Shown: positions 29,819 through 39,012 of the stretch, in pieces
Layout of the letters: each line of letters starts with the position of its first letter
How positions within the stretch are numbered: position 1 is the first letter of the stretch
NCBI GenBank assembly: GCA_963761305.1
Contig: CAVXGK010000002.1
Span: forward strand, 2,080,001 to 2,144,000
DNA length: 64,000 bases
Direction of reading: 5' to 3'
Source: an uncultured Gemmatimonadaceae bacterium
GTDB taxonomy: Bacteria > Gemmatimonadota > Gemmatimonadetes > Gemmatimonadales > Gemmatimonadaceae
Notes under the pieces: model-generated
Seen by the model: the letters and a program-made list of their open reading frames with translations, nothing else
What the model was told of the DNA's origin: nothing
Databases searched by the model: none
Position numbers and translations under genes: made by a program

Positions 29819-30610
29819 CTGACGGAGAAGCCGATCAACCCGAAGCAGAACCTCATCGCACTCGGCTCGGCCGCGGTCATCGCGGTTTACGCAGCCGGCT
29901 TTGCGCGAACGCGGGGCGCGGCGGAGCGAATCGCGGAGGGGGAGGCGCGGCGTTCGGCGCGTCCTCCTCGGACGGCGTCGACAGACGTGGTCGCGCCGCG
30001 TCCACAAACCTCAGTAGCCTCGGTGCCGTCGGCTCCGGAATCCAGCGCGACGCCGAAGCGCCGAGCCCCGGCTGAGGGCACGCGCGCCAAGCGAAAGACC
30101 GAGCCATCCGCGACGCCGGTTCACGCCGATTCGACGGCTGTAGCGCAACCCGCAGCGCCGAGCGCGACCGCGCCAGTGACGCCCGTTCCCACGCCCGCAG
30201 CGGCGACCCCTGTTCCAGCACCGACGACCGCTGTTCCCGCGCCCGCGGCGGTAACGCCCCCGCCGACGCCCGCGCCGGCGCCGGCGCCGACGACAGCTGC
30301 TGCCGTGCCCTCGCCGGAAGCACCAACGCCGGCGGACACTAACCGCGTCGTGCTTCGAGACGGCGTGTATTCAGGTTGGGGAACCTCGCGGCACGGCGAC
30401 ATTCAGGCTTCGGTCGAGATCAAGGACGGACGTATCGTTTCGGCCACGATCGCGCAGTGCCTCACGCGGTACCCGTGTTCGTGGATTTCGGATTTGCCGC
30501 GACAGGTGGTGAAACGGCAGAGCCCCGAGGTCGATCTCGTATCCGGTGCCACGCAGAGCACGGACGCGTTTTACTCCGCTGTGGTCGAGGCGCTGAGCAA
30601 GGCGAAGTGA
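29819..30610 (+). CDS. FMN-binding (flavinylated) protein with N-terminal TM anchor and Pro/Ala/Thr linker
   Basis: DGVYSGWG...VEIKDGRI...VDLVSGATQST flavinylation motif; frame is open from 29783 and encodes TM NLIALGSAAVIAVYAAGF; start probably CTG 29819. Confidence 0.8.
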   Translation: MTEKPINPKQNLIALGSAAVIAVYAAGFARTRGAAERIAEGEARRSARPPRTASTDVVAPRPQTSVASVPSAPESSATPKRRAPAEGTRAKRKTEPSATPVHADSTAVAQPAAPSATAPVTPVPTPAAATPVPAPTTAVPAPAAVTPPPTPAPAPAPTTAAAVPSPEAPTPADTNRVVLRDGVYSGWGTSRHGDIQASVEIKDGRIVSATIAQCLTRYPCSWISDLPRQVVKRQSPEVDLVSGATQSTDAFYSAVVEALSKAK

Positions 30611-31617
30611 TCGAGGCCGGTGCCGGGCTCCAAGTCGTCGACCGCGACGCGTACGTGCAGCGCACGTCCCTCATGGGCACGGTCGTCACGATCATCGTCG
30701 TGCGGACGAGCGACGCCGAGCCGCCAAAGGGGGTGGAACAGCCAGCCGTCGAACGCGCGCTCGATTGGTTTCGTCAGGTTGAAGCAACCTGCTCGCGGTT
30801 CGACGCCGACAGCGAACTCTCACATCTCTGCGCCCCAGAGCGAGTCGGTACCCCGGTCACGGTTAGCGTATTGCTGTTGGAAGCGACGCGTTTCGCGCTC
30901 GCCCTCGCCGAGGAAACCCGCGGCGCCTTCGATCCGACGGTTGGGCATCGGATGGAGGCGGAGGGTTTCAACGTCGAGTACCGCACCGGCCAACAGCGCC
31001 GGACGTTCGATGACCGTCCACCCGTCCAGCCGTCCAGCAGTCCACCCGGCTATCGCCACATCCGCATCGACCCGGCGACCCGCACGATCACGCTGATGCA
31101 GCCGTTGCTGCTCGACCTCGGCGCGGTAGCCAAGGGATTGGCGGTGGATTTGGCGGCGCGCGAGCTCGGTGAGTTCGACCACTTCGCGATCGACGCCGGC
31201 GGCGACGTGTACGTGCGCGGCGGCACACGTGAAGACGCGTCGTGGAGAGTCGGCATACGGCACCCGCGAGATGCAACGCAGCTCATCGAGACGCTCGCGG
31301 TGACAGATGCGGCCGTGTGCACGTCGGGCGACTATGAGCGGCGCAACGCCGCGGGCCTCCACCACATGCTCGACCCGCGAACCGGCGCGTCCGCCGACGC
31401 GTGCGCGAGCGTGACCGTGATCGCGCCGACGGCGATGGTGGCCGACGGCCTATCGACGGCAGCGTTCGTGCTCGGTCCGCGCGACGGGCTTTCGCTCCTC
31501 GAAGCGAATGGAGCGCAGGGGCTCATCGTGACGCCGGCGCTGGAGCGGATGGAGACGCCGGGGTTCCGCGCGCTCGTGGCGCGCACGATCGCGGCCGACG
31601 GGATAGCTGCGCGATGA
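30607..31617 (+). CDS. apbE: FAD:protein FMN transferase
   Basis: MGT, SRF...SEL, GAFDPTVG, LDLGAVAKG, GGD, TSGDYER, HMLDPRTG, ADGLSTA. Confidence 0.95.
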   Translation: MIEAGAGLQVVDRDAYVQRTSLMGTVVTIIVVRTSDAEPPKGVEQPAVERALDWFRQVEATCSRFDADSELSHLCAPERVGTPVTVSVLLLEATRFALALAEETRGAFDPTVGHRMEAEGFNVEYRTGQQRRTFDDRPPVQPSSSPPGYRHIRIDPATRTITLMQPLLLDLGAVAKGLAVDLAARELGEFDHFAIDAGGDVYVRGGTREDASWRVGIRHPRDATQLIETLAVTDAAVCTSGDYERRNAAGLHHMLDPRTGASADACASVTVIAPTAMVADGLSTAAFVLGPRDGLSLLEANGAQGLIVTPALERMETPGFRALVARTIAADGIAAR

Positions 31618-32492
31618 GGGTGGGCCGGTTCTTCCGAACGCCGAAGGGACTTCTGCTCGTCGCGCTGACGGTAATCATGGTCGTCGCCACCCTGCACGAG
31701 GGCGTGGCGCAGGTGATGTCTGGGCTCACCGCCGCGATCATCGCGGGTGCGGGGCTCGACGCGGTGATTCTCCGAGTGCGGCGACGGCGATGGGTCTTTC
31801 CCGACGGAGCAATTCTCACCGGGATGCTGGTGGCGATGGTTCTGAGCCCGCGCGAGCGGTGGTGGGTTCCGGCGATCTCGACGATCGTTGGCGTCGTCGC
31901 GAAATACATCGTTCGCGTCGGCAAAGCGAACGTCTTCAATCCGGCGGCGCTGGGGCTCGTCGCGACGTTCTATATGTATGACACCGCGCAGAACTGGTGG
32001 GGCGCGATGCCGGATCAACGGGCAGGGCTGGTCGTGCTCTTCGCCATCGGCGTCTTCATCGCGCAGCGTGTGAACAAGCTGCCGGTGGTGATCGCGTTTC
32101 TCGGCACGTACTACGCGTTGTTCACCGTGGCCGCGTTTGCGGGCAACCCGCTCCACGTCGCGGAGATCTATCGCGCGCCGGACCTGCAGATGGCGCTGTT
32201 CTTCGCTTTCTTCATGGTGAGCGATCCGCCGACTTCGCCGCCGAAAAACCGCGACCAGATGGTGTACGGAGTGATCGTGGGCGTGATGAGTTTCGCAGCC
32301 TTCGAGGCGGTCGGTGCCGCCTATTTCCTGCTCGCGGGCCTTCTCGCCGGGAACGTTTGGCAAGCGTGGCGGCGCTGGAGAACACTGCGTCTCCTGTCTC
32401 CTCGGCGACATCGCGATATCGCGCCATCGACCGCAGAACCGCTCTTGCACGAAATCGCAATGGTCGAGCTGGCTCTCGAGAGGCACACATAG
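31614..32492 (+). CDS. RnfD/NqrB-like membrane protein
   Basis: polytopic; AILTGML, K...NVFNPAALG, FFMVSDPPTSP. Confidence 0.85.
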   Translation: MRVGRFFRTPKGLLLVALTVIMVVATLHEGVAQVMSGLTAAIIAGAGLDAVILRVRRRRWVFPDGAILTGMLVAMVLSPRERWWVPAISTIVGVVAKYIVRVGKANVFNPAALGLVATFYMYDTAQNWWGAMPDQRAGLVVLFAIGVFIAQRVNKLPVVIAFLGTYYALFTVAAFAGNPLHVAEIYRAPDLQMALFFAFFMVSDPPTSPPKNRDQMVYGVIVGVMSFAAFEAVGAAYFLLAGLLAGNVWQAWRRWRTLRLLSPRRHRDIAPSTAEPLLHEIAMVELALERHT

Positions 32493-32617
32493 GACGAGTG
32501 TGTCCCTGGTGACGACAGTCACGAGACGCGCCTCCGCGCCTTAAGAATCGATGGCCGTGCCAGGGTCACAAGTCTGCTGTGGCCGTTCTGGTATCGATCC
32601 TGCCCAATAGCGGCGGC

Positions 32618-35401
32618 ATGAATTCATTCACACGGGCTTTTGTCTCGAGCGCGATCGTTGGCGTATCGTGGGTCACTCTCGCCGGCCCGCGCGCGGCGAT
32701 CGGGCAGCAGCCGGTGGTTCGGCAAATTCCAAACGCCCAAATGGACAGTGAACGCGCCGCGGTGGCGCGCGCGGAGACCGTTTCCGCGGTTGCGAGCACG
32801 AAGTACGGGGCGGGGGCGTTTCATCGATGGTTCGCCGGCGATGGGTATCGCGATCTCTGGGCGACGAGCGTTCGCGTGCCCGTGTTGGACTTACACACGT
32901 TCTCCGGCGGCGTTCACCCCACCAAAGAAGGGGGCGGGGCGCAGACGAAGAACCTCCACCTGGAGACGAGCACCGGAGAGGAGTTTGTATTTCGTTTGGT
33001 CGACAAGGGCGCAACCGGCGCTCCGCCCGAGCTGAAGAGCACGCCGGTCAACTGGCCGTTTCAGGACGGCGTGAGCGCCATGAATCCGGGAGCAGCCGAG
33101 CTGACGGCGCCGATTCTCACCGCCACGGGCGTGTTGCATCCGACGCCGGTGTTGATGTGGATGCCCGACGATCCGACCTTGGGAAAATTCCGGGGCGACT
33201 TTGCGAACAAGCTCGGAATGATCGAGGAGTTCCCCAACGTCCCGAAGGGCCCGCGCGAAGTCGCGGACGCGCTCGAGCGCGCAGCCACGAGTGAGGTGGC
33301 CGTCAAGAGCGAGAAAAGTGACAAGACAGAAAAGCCTGGAAAGAAGGAAGAAGAGAAAAAGCCGAAAGAAGCGGCCGGAAACCTCGTGACGGGTACATCG
33401 GGAGCGGCGGCCGACACCGTGGAGCGGTTGGGCTTTGCGGGAGCGTCGAAGATCATCGACACCCCCGAACTTTTGACGATGCTCAATGCGGACTCCAAGG
33501 AGCGCGCGGACGTACCGGCGTTTCTGATGGCGCGGCTCTCGGATTTCCTGATCAACGACAACGATCGCGGCACGGTCGATCAATGGAAGTGGGCACGACT
33601 CCCGTCAGGACCGAAGAATGAGTGGGAGCCGATCGCGCGCGACCGGGATCATGCATTCGTCTCGTATGACGGCTTCGAGACCGACGTCGGCCGAGTGGTC
33701 CGCGCTAGCCTCGTCCATTTCGACGCCAAGATCAACGTCGCCGGGCTGACGCAGCCGAACTACATGGACGAGCGGCTGTTCGCCGGTCTCGAGAAACCGG
33801 TGTGGGACTCTGTGGCCCGCGAGCTGAAGGCACGCGTCACGGATTCGGTGATCGTCGCCGCGACGCTCAACCTGCCGCCCGAGTATCGATCGATCGCGCC
33901 ACACACGATCGCGGTGCTCAAACAGCGGCGCGACGCCATTCCCGCCGCCGCCGACGAGTATTACAGAAGGCTCGCGGCGCGGGTCGAAGTCCACGGCACC
34001 GACGCCCCCGACTTGGCGACCATCCGGCGCACGTCTGACGGACCCGTGAGCGTGCGGCTCGAGTCCGGCGGAAAGCAGTACTTCTCGCGCACGTTCTATC
34101 CCGCCGAGACGCATGAGATTTTGGTGTATCTGCACGGGGGCAACGACACCGCGGTCGTCACCGGCCACTCGGCCAGCAGCATCCTCGTGCGCGTGATCGG
34201 CGGGAACGGCGACAATACGTTCGTCGATTCTTCGACTGTCGGTAGTTCGAGGCACCCCACGCGATTCTACGACGCCGGCCCGACGAGCGGCTTCGAGGAC
34301 GACACGCTCTTCGAGCGCTTGCCGTTGGAGCGACATAACGGACTGCTCGTCCAGCCGGTGCCGAACTACGGCGGCGGGGTCGGCGGATTCGTCGGCCTCA
34401 GCGACGACCGCACGATCGGCCTCGCGCCGCGCGTCGGCATCGCTCGATACGACTACGGATTCATGGACCGGCCCTACGCGTCGATGCTCAGACTCGACGT
34501 TCAATACGCGCCGTTTTGGAAAGGAGAGCAGGTCGCGTTCACCGCGGACCGCCGCTTCGAGTCGTCGCCGTTCCATACGATGTTCTACGGACGGATGTCC
34601 GACTTGCAGTCCGCGAACTTTCACGGATTCGGGAACGCGACGTCTGATTCGACTTTTCCCGATACGTACTTCGAGACGCACCAACGCCAATGGATGATGA
34701 ATCCGTCGGTCGGGCTCGCGTTTGGTTCGTGGACCGACGTCACGCTCGGTCCGGTTCTCCAGTACACCGCGACCGACAGCACGCGCAGTCCGTTCGTGAC
34801 GCAACAGCATCCGTACGGTTTTGGAAATTTCAGCGAAGCCGGGCTGTTGCTCGACGCGCGTTACGACCGGCAGGTCGATCGCTCGCAGCCGACCGTCGCC
34901 ACCAATCGCTTCCTCGCCGAAGCGAAGGGGGAGTACTTCCCCGCGGCGATGGACGTGCGCTCGACGTTCAGCGAAGCGTCGTTCGCGCTGGGTGCAGCGG
35001 TCACCCTCCCCATCCCGACGCATCCGATCCTGAACGCGCGAGCGGGTGCGAAGAAGCTTTGGGGTGATTTCCCGTATTTCGAAGCGGCGACGCTCGGCGG
35101 AATGGAGACCCTGCGCTTCATGGACACGCAGCGCTACGCGGGCGACGCGTCGCTCTATGGAACCTCGGAGCTGCTGATTCCGCTGGCCCATTTCAAGTTC
35201 TTGATCCCGGCACAGGCCGGAATCGCGGGCGACGCCGAGGCGGGTCGCGTTTACTTCGGCGGACAGTCACCGGACGGCTGGCATTCGGCGACCGCGGAGG
35301 GCATTTGGGTCGGCCGCACGTATGGATCGCAGACACTTACTCTGCTGCGAACGACAGAACCGGGTCATCAAATACAGCTCCGCTTGGGGCTGGGTTTCTG
35401 A
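32618..35401 (+). CDS. Omp85/BamA-like outer-membrane protein with N-terminal kinase-like domain
   Basis: signal peptide; YRDLW, GGGAQT, DNDR...QWKW, PIARDRDHAF; C-terminal barrel with LRF...RYAGD and terminal Phe. Confidence 0.7.
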   Translation: MNSFTRAFVSSAIVGVSWVTLAGPRAAIGQQPVVRQIPNAQMDSERAAVARAETVSAVASTKYGAGAFHRWFAGDGYRDLWATSVRVPVLDLHTFSGGVHPTKEGGGAQTKNLHLETSTGEEFVFRLVDKGATGAPPELKSTPVNWPFQDGVSAMNPGAAELTAPILTATGVLHPTPVLMWMPDDPTLGKFRGDFANKLGMIEEFPNVPKGPREVADALERAATSEVAVKSEKSDKTEKPGKKEEEKKPKEAAGNLVTGTSGAAADTVERLGFAGASKIIDTPELLTMLNADSKERADVPAFLMARLSDFLINDNDRGTVDQWKWARLPSGPKNEWEPIARDRDHAFVSYDGFETDVGRVVRASLVHFDAKINVAGLTQPNYMDERLFAGLEKPVWDSVARELKARVTDSVIVAATLNLPPEYRSIAPHTIAVLKQRRDAIPAAADEYYRRLAARVEVHGTDAPDLATIRRTSDGPVSVRLESGGKQYFSRTFYPAETHEILVYLHGGNDTAVVTGHSASSILVRVIGGNGDNTFVDSSTVGSSRHPTRFYDAGPTSGFEDDTLFERLPLERHNGLLVQPVPNYGGGVGGFVGLSDDRTIGLAPRVGIARYDYGFMDRPYASMLRLDVQYAPFWKGEQVAFTADRRFESSPFHTMFYGRMSDLQSANFHGFGNATSDSTFPDTYFETHQRQWMMNPSVGLAFGSWTDVTLGPVLQYTATDSTRSPFVTQQHPYGFGNFSEAGLLLDARYDRQVDRSQPTVATNRFLAEAKGEYFPAAMDVRSTFSEASFALGAAVTLPIPTHPILNARAGAKKLWGDFPYFEAATLGGMETLRFMDTQRYAGDASLYGTSELLIPLAHFKFLIPAQAGIAGDAEAGRVYFGGQSPDGWHSATAEGIWVGRTYGSQTLTLLRTTEPGHQIQLRLGLGF

Positions 35402-35409
35402 ACTGCTTC

Positions 35410-35445
35410 AGCGCAGAGACGCAGAGGACGCGGAGGACGGCCGCG
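35410..35445 (+). repeat. CGCAGAG(A/G)CGC(A/G)GAG-type intergenic repeat
   Basis: agcgcagagacgcagaggacgcggagg; related copy at 59062-59099. Confidence 0.55.
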
Positions 35446-35519
35446 AAGGCAGGGGAGTTGCTAGAAGGTCTCATAGGCGGGCACACCCGCCGCACACCAT
35501 TTGAACAGGGAGTTCTACC

Positions 35520-35855
35520 ATGAAGAATCTGTCATTGTTGGTCACGGCGCTCGCCTTCGTCGGCGCTACGGCGGCTGCCCAAGAGCCTGGCTACAAGAGA
35601 GACATCCCCGATGATCTGGCCAAGCGCGCGAAGATCGACGAACCGACCGCGGCCGTAAGGGCGCACAAGCGCCTGCCCAAGGGGCACATCGACGCCGTGG
35701 TGCTCCAGAACGAAAAAGGACGACCGGTCTACCTCTACACCGTGCGGACGGACGGAAAGAGCGGGTTGGACGAGGTGCGGATCAACGGGCTGACCGGCGG
35801 TGTGATCGGCGTCCATCACCGAACCGAATCGGCCGGTGAGATGAAGAAGCCGTAA
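35520..35855 (+). CDS. PepSY domain secreted protein
   Basis: signal peptide; AKI...A...A...PKG.I....L..E.GRPVY...EV.INGLTG. Confidence 0.8.
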   Translation: MKNLSLLVTALAFVGATAAAQEPGYKRDIPDDLAKRAKIDEPTAAVRAHKRLPKGHIDAVVLQNEKGRPVYLYTVRTDGKSGLDEVRINGLTGGVIGVHHRTESAGEMKKP

Positions 35856-35864
35856 CAAGGCCAA

Positions 35865-35894
35865 TCGCTCCCGTCACCGAGGCGACGGGAGCGA
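35865..35894. terminator. hairpin between convergent genes
   Basis: TCGCTCCCGTC-N8-GACGGGAGCGA. Confidence 0.6.
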
Positions 35895-35904
35895 GCTGAG
35901 TATG

Positions 35905-37107
35905 CTATTTCGCCTGGGTCACCACGAGGGGTGCCGTCCACCGAAACGGTCCCCACTCGATGGAGAGCGTTCCGCGCCTGTCGTCGAGCCCGGCGATCGC
36001 GATCGTGAACTCCTCGACCGGCGCCTCCGTCGTCTCGGTCCGCAGATGCACGGTCCCGAGGTCGCGCGCGCCGTCGTACTCCGTGCCCCACTGGCCGCTC
36101 TGCTTGTTGACGATGAGATCCGCGGTCCCGTTCGCACGCGGCACCGTCCAGAGCGTGTACGTCCCGGCCGGAACGGCGAGTCCACCGAGCGTGATCGGCA
36201 CCGACGTCGTGAACTGCGTCGCCGCGTTCGCACCCGTGCGCCACACGTAGTCGAACGGCACGACGTCGCCGAGCAGTTTGCGCCCGCGGGCAAGCGGCCG
36301 GCCGTAGTCGACGGCGAAGGTCGCCGAGCCGATGGTCGCGCGCGCAGTATCGCGCACGCTCAACTGCTTCGCGCCGCCGTTCTTCGACTCGAGCGCTGCG
36401 AATCGCGTGGCGATCTCCTGAACATTTGCCTGTTCGCTCGAGCGCGTCACGTCGACCTTGTACGTCGTTCGAGCGCCGGAGTACGCGAGCAGCCGGTGGC
36501 TCGAGTCGAGCGTCGCCTGTCCGACGCCGGAGAGCCAGTCGTGCCACACTTCGGCCTTGTTGCCCGGCAAGCGTCGCACGGTGGCGTGCGCCAAGGGGAA
36601 CCGGTCGAACTCGCGGTCGATGTAGAACTGGCGCAGCCGCACCGTGTCGCCCGCCGGCGTCGGCGATGTCGACGGCTGCGCCAGCGCCGCCGCGAAGTAA
36701 CGCTCGTACATGCTGTACATCTGTGGCACGTGTGCGACGACGGGTTCGGGTCCGTGCGCGAACGCCCAGCGCGTGTTGGCCGTCGAATCCTGCTTGGTCA
36801 TGAGCACCGAATCGCGCGTCACGTCGATGACGACATGACGCTCGCGCTGCTTCGGCGCCTCACTCGGCGTGGTGATGTCCATGACGAGTCGGCGAATGCC
36901 GCCGTCGGGCGCGAGTGTGACGTCGGCGTGCCGCTCGCGCACGCGCGGGAATCGGTCGACGGCGTCGATGGTCAGCGTGTTCCCGCGGCGCAGGACGTTC
37001 TCGACGGAAATCGTGTCGTCGCCGAGTCGGGTGATGAATCCGTAGCGTTCGGCGGGCTGGCTCGAGCAGGCGGCGAGGGCGCAGCAGGCGAAGAGGAATC
37101 GTCTCAT
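35905..37107 (-). CDS. lipoprotein with C-terminal DUF2911 domain
   Basis: LAAC lipobox; VDYGRPLARGR...VPF..VWRTGANAAT, AGTYTLWT, QWGT.YD. Confidence 0.85.
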   Translation of the reverse strand: MRRFLFACCALAACSSQPAERYGFITRLGDDTISVENVLRRGNTLTIDAVDRFPRVRERHADVTLAPDGGIRRLVMDITTPSEAPKQRERHVVIDVTRDSVLMTKQDSTANTRWAFAHGPEPVVAHVPQMYSMYERYFAAALAQPSTSPTPAGDTVRLRQFYIDREFDRFPLAHATVRRLPGNKAEVWHDWLSGVGQATLDSSHRLLAYSGARTTYKVDVTRSSEQANVQEIATRFAALESKNGGAKQLSVRDTARATIGSATFAVDYGRPLARGRKLLGDVVPFDYVWRTGANAATQFTTSVPITLGGLAVPAGTYTLWTVPRANGTADLIVNKQSGQWGTEYDGARDLGTVHLRTETTEAPVEEFTIAIAGLDDRRGTLSIEWGPFRWTAPLVVTQAK

Positions 37108-37149
37108 GATCCCACGTTTCACCGACAGCCCGCGCCGCGCAAGACGGAT

Positions 37150-37184
37150 CGCGCTCAACGCGTGTAATGAATGCGTCAGGTATT
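37150..37184 (+). repeat. 35-bp direct repeat, left copy
   Basis: cgcgctcaacgcgtgtaatgaatgcgtcaggtatt; 32/35 identical to 38525-38559. Confidence 0.85.
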
Positions 37185-37248
37185 GGTGGCCGGAGACATC
37201 CTAGTCGCGCTTCGACAGCCGACAATGCGAGCGCGTTGCACTCACGAT

Positions 37249-37683
37249 CTATCCGCTGTTCACGGTCGCCGTAATCGTGACCGAAGCACCGTTCACGATC
37301 TCCGCCCGTAAGGAAACCGCGCCGACCGTCGGGCCCATCGTCCAAATGACTGATGCGTTTCCGTTGTCATCGGTCCGGCTGGTCACTGCGCTGACTGATC
37401 CACCCCCGGTCAACACCGTCCAATCGACCACGGCATTCGTGAGCGATGTACCACTCTGATCCGAGACGTGGACGACGATCGGCAGAGCGAGCGGCTGGCC
37501 GACCAGACCGACCTGTCCGTTGCCCGAGTTCACGGTGATGCTCGTCGCGACCGGAACCACCACCACGTTGGTCAGCAGGTCGTTGTGGTCGTCGCTGCAG
37601 GCTGCGGCGCTCAGCACGAGCGCGCCGCCCAGGGCCGGCACAAGCCACCGCCTGTAAAGAGAGATACCTTGCTGCTTGTTCAC
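37249..37683 (-). CDS. Ig-like (Big_1) domain lipoprotein
   Basis: AAAC lipobox; SGNGQ.G.VG..L, V.WTV..GGGSV, TD.NG.A...WT.G. Confidence 0.8.
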   Translation of the reverse strand: MNKQQGISLYRRWLVPALGGALVLSAAACSDDHNDLLTNVVVVPVATSITVNSGNGQVGLVGQPLALPIVVHVSDQSGTSLTNAVVDWTVLTGGGSVSAVTSRTDDNGNASVIWTMGPTVGAVSLRAEIVNGASVTITATVNSG

Positions 37684-37844
37684 GACTTCTCCGCAACGCC
37701 GATGAGGTAGTTCTTGGCTTCTGCACGTCGCGCTCCATTGGCCTCGGACCGCGAATTGCCGTCGCTCCTTCTTCGGTAGCCGCATGGCCACCCGCCGCGC
37801 CCGGCTCGTCGGTACCAAGCGGTGTCAGCGTCCGGTAGGAGGTC

Positions 37845-38507
37845 ATGATGTTCCGCCCGTCTCATGTCGCCGTCGGCGTGCTGGTACTGATGGCCGCCGC
37901 CTGTGGTGACGCCGACAACGTCGTACATACGCTCGACGTCGTCACCGTTCGCCTCGTGAACGACACGGACACGCCGCTCTCGGTCTTGAGCGGTGCCATC
38001 GTTCCCCCGGCGAATGCGCGGCTCGCGTTCGGTGACGCAACCGGCTGCTTGCTCATCGATCTGTCCAACGTGCCGGCGCTAGCCGTTACGAACGCCACGA
38101 CCGGGGCGACGATCGTCTTCACGCCGACCCTCGTACCTGGAGCGAACCTGACAGTCGTCGCCTTCGCCGATACGTCCGGCAACGTTCAGTTCGCGGCACT
38201 GAGCAATTCTTTCGTGACGATCGCGAACACGGCCGGATTGCGTTTCTTCAACGGTGTGGCGACCACGGGCCCGCTCAACATGGCGCGCAATGGCGCCGCT
38301 CTGACACCGTTGGTCTCGTTCGGCGCGGCGAGCGGTTTCGTGAGCGTGCCGACCGATTCCGGGTCGATCACGTTCTCGAACCAATCGTCGGTCGTCCTCG
38401 ACGCCGGGTTGCTGACGTTCCCGCAGGGTCAGAACTCGACCGTGGTGCTCGGGGCGCCCGCCCCCAATACCGTTCCTCCTCGTTTCTTCACGGTGCGGGG
38501 CTGCTGA
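37845..38507 (+). CDS. DUF4397-like lipoprotein
   Basis: AGGAGG RBS, AAAC lipobox; VRLVN and LRFFN duplicated domains. Confidence 0.7.
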   Translation: MMFRPSHVAVGVLVLMAAACGDADNVVHTLDVVTVRLVNDTDTPLSVLSGAIVPPANARLAFGDATGCLLIDLSNVPALAVTNATTGATIVFTPTLVPGANLTVVAFADTSGNVQFAALSNSFVTIANTAGLRFFNGVATTGPLNMARNGAALTPLVSFGAASGFVSVPTDSGSITFSNQSSVVLDAGLLTFPQGQNSTVVLGAPAPNTVPPRFFTVRGC

Positions 38508-38524
38508 AGCGGCTGGCAACAGCG

Positions 38525-38559
38525 CGCGCTCAACGACTGCAATGAATGCGTCAGGTATT
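38525..38559 (+). repeat. 35-bp direct repeat, right copy
   Basis: cgcgctcaacgactgcaatgaatgcgtcaggtatt. Confidence 0.85.
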
Positions 38560-38628
38560 TGGCCGCCGGCGGTAGATTCATCGGGCGTGCAATGCCCAGA
38601 TGACGTCCTCCGGGAGGGAGATCCTACT

Positions 38629-39012
38629 ATGGACGACATGGGAACGTTCAGAACCGATGTCGAAATCGAGAATCCCGCCAAACCCGGAGCACGCCGAACC
38701 ATCGCCAACGCGCTCGTCGACACGGGTGCGGAGCTGTCGTGGTTTCCTCGCACGGTTCTCGAGGAGCTCGGTGTCGAGCGACTCAAGCTCTGGCACTTCA
38801 GGCAGGCCGACGGAACGGTCCTGGCTCGATGGACGGGTGCTGTCCGTCTGGGTGTCGCAGGCGTTTGGACTGTCGACGAAGTCGTATTCGGCGAGGCGCG
38901 GGATCTCGTATTGCTTGGAGCGAGGTCGCTCGAGGGATTGAACCTGCGCGTAGAGCCAGCGACGAAGCGTCTAGTGGACGCCGGACCCGCGCCCGCTGCG
39001 GCCGCGGCATGA
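38629..39012 (+). CDS. retropepsin-like (clan AA) aspartyl protease
   Basis: ALVDTGAELS, ADG, LLGA.SLEGL.L.V.P. Confidence 0.85.
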   Translation: MDDMGTFRTDVEIENPAKPGARRTIANALVDTGAELSWFPRTVLEELGVERLKLWHFRQADGTVLARWTGAVRLGVAGVWTVDEVVFGEARDLVLLGARSLEGLNLRVEPATKRLVDAGPAPAAAAA

